From Octopus vulgaris (taxonomy: Eukaryota): a DNA stretch of 64,000 bases. Location of the stretch: assembly GCA_951406725.2 (NCBI GenBank), contig OX597832.1, forward strand, positions 14,074,001 to 14,138,000. The letters are read 5' to 3'. Shown here one piece after another: positions 55,950-64,000 of this stretch (its first letter is position 1; each line of letters starts with the position of its first letter). Under the pieces are notes generated by a model. The model did no database searches. It was not told the DNA's origin and saw only the letters and a program-made list of their open reading frames with translations. A program made the translations under genes and the position numbers.

Positions 55950-57450
55950 TTAGCTTCATCATAATAACTGACTTGGCTTTTGAAACCAGACAATATATTG
56001 GAAAGACACCCACGTATATAGCATATCCGATTTGAAAGCAGAGCTGCAGTTCAATTCAGAAATTTGTAGAACTTCAGTCAGAATTGCAGACCTTATGGCA
56101 TGGACGGTATTGATAGGTGTGTGCAGATATATAGGCAGAATAGGTGGTGGAGGTTCGTTTTCCATGGGTTATCCAATTAGATTTGAGCCAAGCAAAAGAA
56201 TGACGTGTTCTGTCACAATCTGTACACATAAAAACCTGACCGAAATTCATCTTCTCGATCGCAGCATTTTTCTTTAAATATCTCTTGAGTTTTGCATGTT
56301 CTATCTTCAAGCGCTTTCACTCCGCTCCACACATTTTTTTCAGTATTCAGCTCGATGCGAAGCTAGGGTTTGTATGGCTTTTGGATCCTGTCCAAGTGAC
56401 CTCATGTTAGTCCTTACGTCGTCCTTTAACCTCTTCTTAGCTTTAAACCTATTGTGTGTTTTTCCTCTGCAGCTCACCATGAAACAGCTGTTTGGGTGTA
56501 CGTTCAGCCGCCTTTCGAATAATATGACCAGATCATCTCATTTGACTTTTCAGAAACATTGATCTAGTTGAAACGATGCTTGCAAAAGAAAAAAAAAAAC
56601 TTCTATGTTTGTTGCAATTACTTTGCAACATATTTTCCAAGGGTTGCACAGAAACATGAATCATTCAATACCTGAGCATAGAAAAATTTATTAGTGATAT
56701 CTTTCCGTTTGTTTTCCATCGCTGTTTTTATGTAAACCCATCGGAGAATTGCTAATGTGTTCTTGTAAATTCTCTCGTTATCAATGGACGGTGCACTTTC
56801 AACCATAGCGTTCTACAGAAGAAAAGTTGTGGTTAAGAGCGACGAAGACCTCAGGAAAAAATTTGCACAGAGAATATAAAAATGGCCGCTCTCTTTTACG
56901 GAAGATATTTGAGCCGGGGCCCATGAATTCCTTGAAACCACCGATCTGGTAGTGATGCCCTGATTTGAGGGCATTGCCTGTTAGGATAATATATTTAGGC
57001 ATGATAGTGCCGTCAGCCGCACCTGCCCCAAATTTTCTCAGATCATTGAAGCTATCCTATGCACAGTCTTAATATGTACGAGGTTAGCGAACTTGAGTTA
57101 TGTCGAGCATATTGCTAAGACATATAGGACTGGTTAGGCTATCAGCGGACATCCTTCATGATAAACATCCCGCAATCATCTTATGCACGGGAATGAGTGC
57201 GGTTTTCTTCTGTCGACTGTAACGCTAGAAATTGTGTAGTGGAAGCGACGAAAGAGATTTAAAAGAGATACGTTCTTTTCGGGCAACTTCCCATTTTGAG
57301 ATGAGATTAGGGTAGAGACGGGTGTGATTTTCCCGCCCAGTAAAATTCTAATTATTTGCATGAATTTGGGAAGTAAGCGATGAATTAATGGAACCACACT
57401 AAGTATTCAATCGTAAGGTGAAAGTAAGAAGAAGAGTAAGTGAAAGTAAG
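55950..57450 (-). mobile_element. RTE-clade LINE, decayed 3' portion
   Basis: Minus strand QMR*SGHIIR..ERTPKQLFHGEL...KKRLKDDVRTNMRSLG...LASHRAE, then CTDCDRTRHSFAWLKSNWITH (RTE C2H2-like tail). Weaker RT-like fragments at 56650-57400. Confidence 0.7.
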
Positions 57451-58553
57451 TAAGAAAAGACACTTATTACAACAGTGGTGAGCAGTGTCAATCCGTTTGA
57501 GGTTTCTTCTCGACCGGAAGACTTGTATTGTTACTATTTTCGAATAAATATTTTTTGCTGTTATCGTTAACAAGTACCTATCTAAATCCCTTCTAAAGAA
57601 GAAATACTATTATTAATTGTTAATCCGATTACGAGTAGCAAATCGATGAATTGAGAGAATGATTAACGGGTAAGAATAAATTATTTGAAGCTTACATTCT
57701 TTAGTCAAATAACCCTAAGATCTTTGTCTTTAATCCAAACTGGGTCAAGAAAATGAAGAGCTGGATTGTTAAGTGCGATGATCGCTAGTCGATGTAAGCA
57801 ACTAACACTTTTTTACCTAAACCTACATTTTTTTTTTTCGACAAAATAGTAATACCATTACTGAACCGTTTTAGCGCGATCGTTTGCGTGCCGAACGTAA
57901 TTGCTGACTGCTTTTATTACAGTTTTTTTTTTTCTTAATTTCATATTTCAACCAGCATTTATATCGATGTCACTTATTGCTCATTTCGGGGTCGATAAAT
58001 TATAAAACACACAAGCACTAAAGTCGAAGTAATTCCTGGGCTAGTAGTGTAAATTGAAAGTTTTATTATTGTAAATATTTGCAATATAAGTGTAGGGATA
58101 AGAGAGAGCGAAAGAGAGAGAGAGTGATCAGGAACAGTAATGATAAAAACATGCACGCAAACACAATAATAGTGTTGAAATTGTAATGCTTTCTGTATAG
58201 ATTTCAGCACCAACACGATTATAATGAATAAATCAATATCATTAAATACAAAGAAGCGACCACGATCTACACATATAGTATATTATGAATCAGTGCTGTA
58301 TTTTTGTTCTGCTGATGGGGCATATTATACAATACGCTCATGCTCAATGATAAGTTCTATATAGACTAATTAGAAATCTCGAGTGCAAAAACGAAAATAA
58401 AATACTAATAGTTAGAAAAAAAAAACTATGGCTTTTTGATAATCCATTTATATACTACATGAACACGGGCGAACAAGCACACACATGCACACATACACAC
58501 GCACACACTCGCACACATACATAAATATATATGTATGTACATACATATTGCTG

Positions 58554-58935
58554 TTTACTCTTTTACTTGCTTCAGTCATTGAACTGCGGCCATGCTGGAG
58601 CGCCAACTTTAGTCGAACGAATCGACACCAGTACTTATTCTTTGGAAGCCTAGTACTTATTCTATCGGGATCTTTTGCCGAACTGCTAAGTTACGGGGAC
58701 GTAAACACACCACTATCTGTTCTCACAAACACACAAACATATACACTCGCATACACATATACATCTACATATATACGATGGGCTTCTTTCAGTTTTCGCC
58801 TACCAAATTCACTGACAATGTTATGGTCGGCCCGAGGCTATTGTAGAAGCAACTTTTCCAAGGTGCCACGCAGTGGGAATGAACCCAGAACCATGTGGCT
58901 GGTAAGCAAGCTACTTACCATACAGCCACTCCTAT
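58554..58935 (-). mobile_element. SINE family A copy
   Basis: Colinear with 18482-18898. Confidence 0.85.
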
Positions 58936-59006
58936 ATGTGTATATATATATATATGAAATTCAAAAGATATTCTATTTCCTTGAGAATACATGCAAACAT
59001 ATATAC

Positions 59007-59123
<117 letters not shown>

Positions 59124-59915
59124 GTATATGTGTATACACACATATATATACATATATATATATATATATATTTATATGCATATATAAGTATACATATATA
59201 TTTATATATATATATATATATATATATCGTTCGTTTTTCAAGTAATTTATGATTAATGTGTGCATTTACGAATTTATATGTGAAATAAAAATAACGTTCT
59301 TTAACATCCATAATTATCTGTTATATCAAATTCATGATAGCTTTAAACGGTAAAGTCTAGTGTGAATATTTAAATCTTGCTTGTGGGGAGAAACGGTTAC
59401 CTTCTCTACTGAATGAATATAGTTATGTAAAGAGAATAATGGAAAGATAATTAAGGATCTACTATCATGCTTAGCGAACACACACATACATGTTCACTCA
59501 CATAAACACACTGGCACACACATAGGGTAGTTTGCTTATATGGTTATATATATGTAGATTCATACATATACATGTGCATATATATTTGCGTATGTGTGTG
59601 TATATGTGCATGGAATTACAGGTGTATACACACACACACTTTCAGAAACACCCACATATAATTACAGATATATTGAAGCATAGACGTATGATTACATATA
59701 TATTTCAGATAGCACAAACGCATATACATAATAAAGCAACTATCTTTACTGCGAATGTTATTAATAAGTAATGCGCTTATATATAATAATACTTATTTTG
59801 CAGTACAAAATGTTGGATAAATATATTCCGCTGTGCATCTGGTACACTTTGGATCAAACGCATGTATTGTGGTAGAAATGAAGTATCAGCTCAAAATAAG
59901 TCTACATATCTGTGC

Positions 59916-60000
<85 letters not shown>

Positions 60001-60050
60001 CGTGTGTGTGTGTGTGCATACGCATACATACATATATAAAGATATATATG

Positions 60051-60099
<49 letters not shown>

Positions 60100-60101
<2 letters not shown>

Positions 60102-60338
60102 CAACTGAGAAAGATTCCTAAACTTGGAAAATGGGTGGCTCATGAATTTTCCGAAAGCAACTGCAAATCCCGTGTTGACATCTGCTCTTCTCTCCGTTTC
60201 ACCCTTTTTGGATAGACTTCTGAATCGTGACGAAAAATGGATCTTCTATCGAAATGGTAAATGTAGTAAAGAGTAGCTAGTTAAAAGGGAAAAAACTCAG
60301 CCACAACCGAGAATGGAACTTCATGGGGAAAAGATTAT

Positions 60339-60423
<85 letters not shown>

Positions 60424-60830
60424 GGTGGGATTGAAAAGGAGTAATTTACTTTGAATTGTTACCGCCTAATGCAACAATCAATGCTCAAGTCTACTGTCAG
60501 CAATTAGAGCGATTGAACCAAGCTTGGAAGAAAAAAGACCCGCTTAGTGAATAGAAAAGTAGTGATGTTTCATCAGGACAATGCACGGCCCTACACTGCA
60601 ATCATCAGATCACAGAAGATCGAAGAGCTTTGTTGGATAAGAATTCCTCATCCAACTTAGTCCTTGAGACTGCGATTTGTTTCGTACTTCACAGAATCAT
60701 TTGGAGCACATAACTTTCGTAAGCCAGGAGGAGGTCGAAACTGACATATCTAAGTAGGTCTAACAATGGGTTATATGATAGTAAATTGGAGGAAATGTCC
60801 GTTGGTGTATGATATAGGTAATATGTATAG
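60100..60830 (+). pseudogene. Mariner (DD34D-type) transposase pseudogene interrupted by (CT)n
   Basis: KLGKWVAHE (WVPHEL), FLDRLLNRDEKWIFY, WWD*KGVIYFELLPPNATINAQVYCQQLERL, VMFHQDNARPYTA, IPHPT*S. CT expansion at 60338-60422. Confidence 0.85.
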
Positions 60831-60840
60831 ATTGGAGGGG

Positions 60841-60945
<105 letters not shown>

Positions 60946-62044
60946 TATATTTTATAATAATAATATATGCTCCAGTTAGGGTGACTATATATATAAAATT
61001 GATTAAAGAGAAAATGCTGGGAACTGAAAACATCATCAATGAGGGAATAGCTGTGCACGCATCCAACTGAGTCACACAGACCACCCATCAATTTATGGCA
61101 AATTTAATATATAGATATTTTTAGTGTTGTATATGTATCTATAATTAAAAAAAAAAAAGAAAACGTAAATATTCAGGATACGTCATGCCTGGTTCTAGAG
61201 GTGAAAAATAGTTACTTACCACTGATTATAGTTGTAACCTGTTATAGTTATATACAATTACTGACAGTTGACGACATCTTTGCAAACTGATTAGCTGTTG
61301 CAAAATGGTCCCTGTTTAAATAGTGTATGGGTCGGCGAATTCTTTATTTCCGAAACACTTTATTTCCGATGATTACGTGGTGAAGGGTTAGTTATGTGAG
61401 AGACATGACTTTTTTTCTACAAGGATGATAAGTGTTAGCCAATTAGCTTTAACATGTTACGTAATAATAGAACTAAAACATAAGAAACGAAAGGCAAATG
61501 TAGCTGCACATTTAAATTCACGATGTAGAATGACTTCAATAACAGAATGAAAATCTGCTGAATATCCGAAATACGTAACATAATCTCATATTTCATGTGT
61601 GCAGAATCAGTGACTAATTGAACAGTTTTTCGACAATTAGTATCCAAGGTAGTGTTGTACGGATATGTGAGCTTAAATGCAATAGATATCACATGGTTCA
61701 TTATTGGTTTTATTTATATTCGAATCGCATCTACAGACAGTGTGATTGCCTATTTATCATTTGAATAATCTCGACTAAGTGTTTAAGTACATGCCGTATA
61801 TATTGAGCAGAAAGACCCACTGATGCAATTAATCTAAGTGATATTGCATATATATAGAATAAGCATTGCTATTAATACTCCTCTCTATAGACCCCACCCC
61901 ACTTATCCTCATATATATGCATCGTACACATTAGACGGATTTCGAATGAATGCAAATACCAATGTCTTTCCCTACCCCTCCGTCTTCTCTCATCTCAGCC
62001 TGCGTGGCTGTGGTAAGAATTATATAATTATATACGTATAATTA

Positions 62045-62078
<34 letters not shown>

Positions 62079-62479
62079 TAGATAGATAGATAGAGGCAGA
62101 GAGACGGAGAGAGATAGATGAGGAAAAGGAAGAGTGGGTACAGGCTTTCTTTGTGTTTTCACTAAACACATCCGCTATTGGTTTGTTTACACTACCTTAA
62201 CTTAGATATGATACGTTAGAGATAAGTGACCCTTATCTTACAATGCAGTGTATATGACAGCGGTCTGTAACGTGGGACGTTTTGGCGGTCTTGGATATAG
62301 AGTTCATAGCAGCAGAAGAAAGTAAATAAGAAGGAGTTTTACTGAGAATAACAGAATGAAGTACTTGAAATATCACTGATTTCAAAATTGTTTCTGCCAG
62401 TATTAATTATATTTATATTATTACCTTGTTATAATGAAGTAATGGGAATGTCTGAGTTTCTTATCAGGTGGTGCATGAA

Positions 62480-63236
62480 GACATTCGGAATTCCTCATAC
62501 AAGATGAGAAAGGGCCAATATTTAATTCAACGAATCAAGAACAAGAAGAGACATCGCGCTACAAAGATTTAGATCAATATCAAGGGTCTCCTCCTACTGA
62601 ATATGCATCGTTTATTCTCTGATGTGAAAAACTTCTGCTAGAATGAGATGATGAAAGTTTGGCTTGCCGTGTCACCAAAACATGTACTGGGAGTGAATAT
62701 AATCAAACATCCAGTCAACATCATATTGTTTGGAGTCATCACTAGTGATAGCAATATTGTGTCTCTATTGATCTTCCCACACGGCGTGAGATTCAACATT
62801 AAGTAACTGGAGAATGTAGTGCTGCCCTGGGTGAAGGGGGTGGCTACCGGAAGGCCCTACGTCTGGCAAGAGGAAACTGCTCCAAGCCACATGCGACCCC
62901 ATCACTCTATATATCCTTAGACTGTAATGCCCTTGATTATTATGTGTGACGCGCAATTAAGCGAGAGACCAACAAAACTTTCTAACATAAAAGTTGAAGT
63001 GAAGGCAAGAATTATGGCAGCATTCACCAACTTAATCAAGGACATCGTCCAGAAGTGTTTCAGAATATTCCGAAGTCATCTGGAGGCTGTATATGAAGCT
63101 GATGGTGATTTTATTGAATAAATGTATTTCTTATAAGTTCAAGATATTTTTTTACGTAATTTTGGTAAATATATGTGATGTCAGCGTTACTTTCATTTTT
63201 GCTACATTCATACAATTTATTCACTGTACTTTCTAT
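62480..63236 (+). mobile_element. maT-like Tc1/mariner relic
   Basis: IKHPVNIILFGVITSD, IFPHGVRFN, VLPWVKGVATGRPYVWQEETAPSH, DCNALDYYV, VKARIMAAFTNLIKDIVQKCFRIFRSHLEAVYEADGDFIE*. Confidence 0.8.
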
Positions 63237-63665
63237 ATACGACTCAGTGGACAAACGAAAACCGGCACGCAAAACATTTATTGGGAGTTACATGTATGGA
63301 TAAAACATAATTTCATTAAGGTTCGTTGGTACTCCGAGAGTTTCATGCGTGATGCTGGTTTATAGTCATTTTGAATTCGAATTTGAAATTGTGTGTGTGC
63401 AAAATTATTTCGAAAACAGATAATCACTACGTTTCTTTCCCTCGATCTATTTATCTCTCTCACTATCTCCATGTACTTCTGTTTGCTCATGTGTGTGTAT
63501 ATGTGAGCGTGCGTGTATGTATGTGTGTGTGTGTGGGGGGGTTATATATTGATACATACAATCATTACATCAGTAGCCAAAAATGTTGAAATATATGCGT
63601 ATACACGAATCAAAATTATATAAATATATGCATATAAATAAATACATATATATAAACATATATAC

Positions 63666-63727
<62 letters not shown>

Positions 63728-64000
63728 ATATATATTAGTTCTTTTTTCTTTTTTGTATTATTTATGTATTAGCGATCTATACTTCAAGGTATTAAAACAA
63801 GAATATGAGATATAAGACAGACAAGTGAAATGATGGTAAATTTTATTGGAAACACAACAAGTGAAGCGTTCAGTATTGTAATTAGAATCATTGAATGCCA
63901 AGACAGTGATCTATTTGGTTCTTTCCAGTGGCTCGTTTTCACGAAAATTGCCAGAAGTCAAGAGAAATAATTGTATACATATATATTATTCTTTGTGTGA

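Overview
AT-rich eukaryotic intergenic or intronic DNA, saturated with (TA)n, (CA)n, (GA)n, (GATA)n and (AAT)n microsatellites. The repeat landscape looks cephalopod (octopus-like); this is inference from recognising the repeats, not a database result. I find no intact host gene. Nearly all ORF-track entries are translated microsatellites (IYIY, HTHT, CVCV) or decayed transposon fragments. Identifiable content: (i) two tandem copies and one separate copy of R4/Dong-type RLE non-LTR retrotransposons sitting in (AAT)n; (ii) two Penelope-like (PLE) RT/GIY-YIG fragments; (iii) CR1-group and RTE LINE 3' fragments; (iv) mariner, maT (D37D spacing) and Tc1-like transposase relics; (v) at least four tRNA-type SINE families; (vi) a probable solo LTR and MITE-like inverted repeats. 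The most notable signal is a set of minimal type I hammerhead ribozyme motifs from at least three unrelated sequence families. They sit in short non-coding elements flanked by microsatellites, next to a PLE fragment, and as half-motifs at the centre of long fold-back repeats. This suggests a PLE pseudo-LTR or retrozyme-like system of self-cleaving RNAs.
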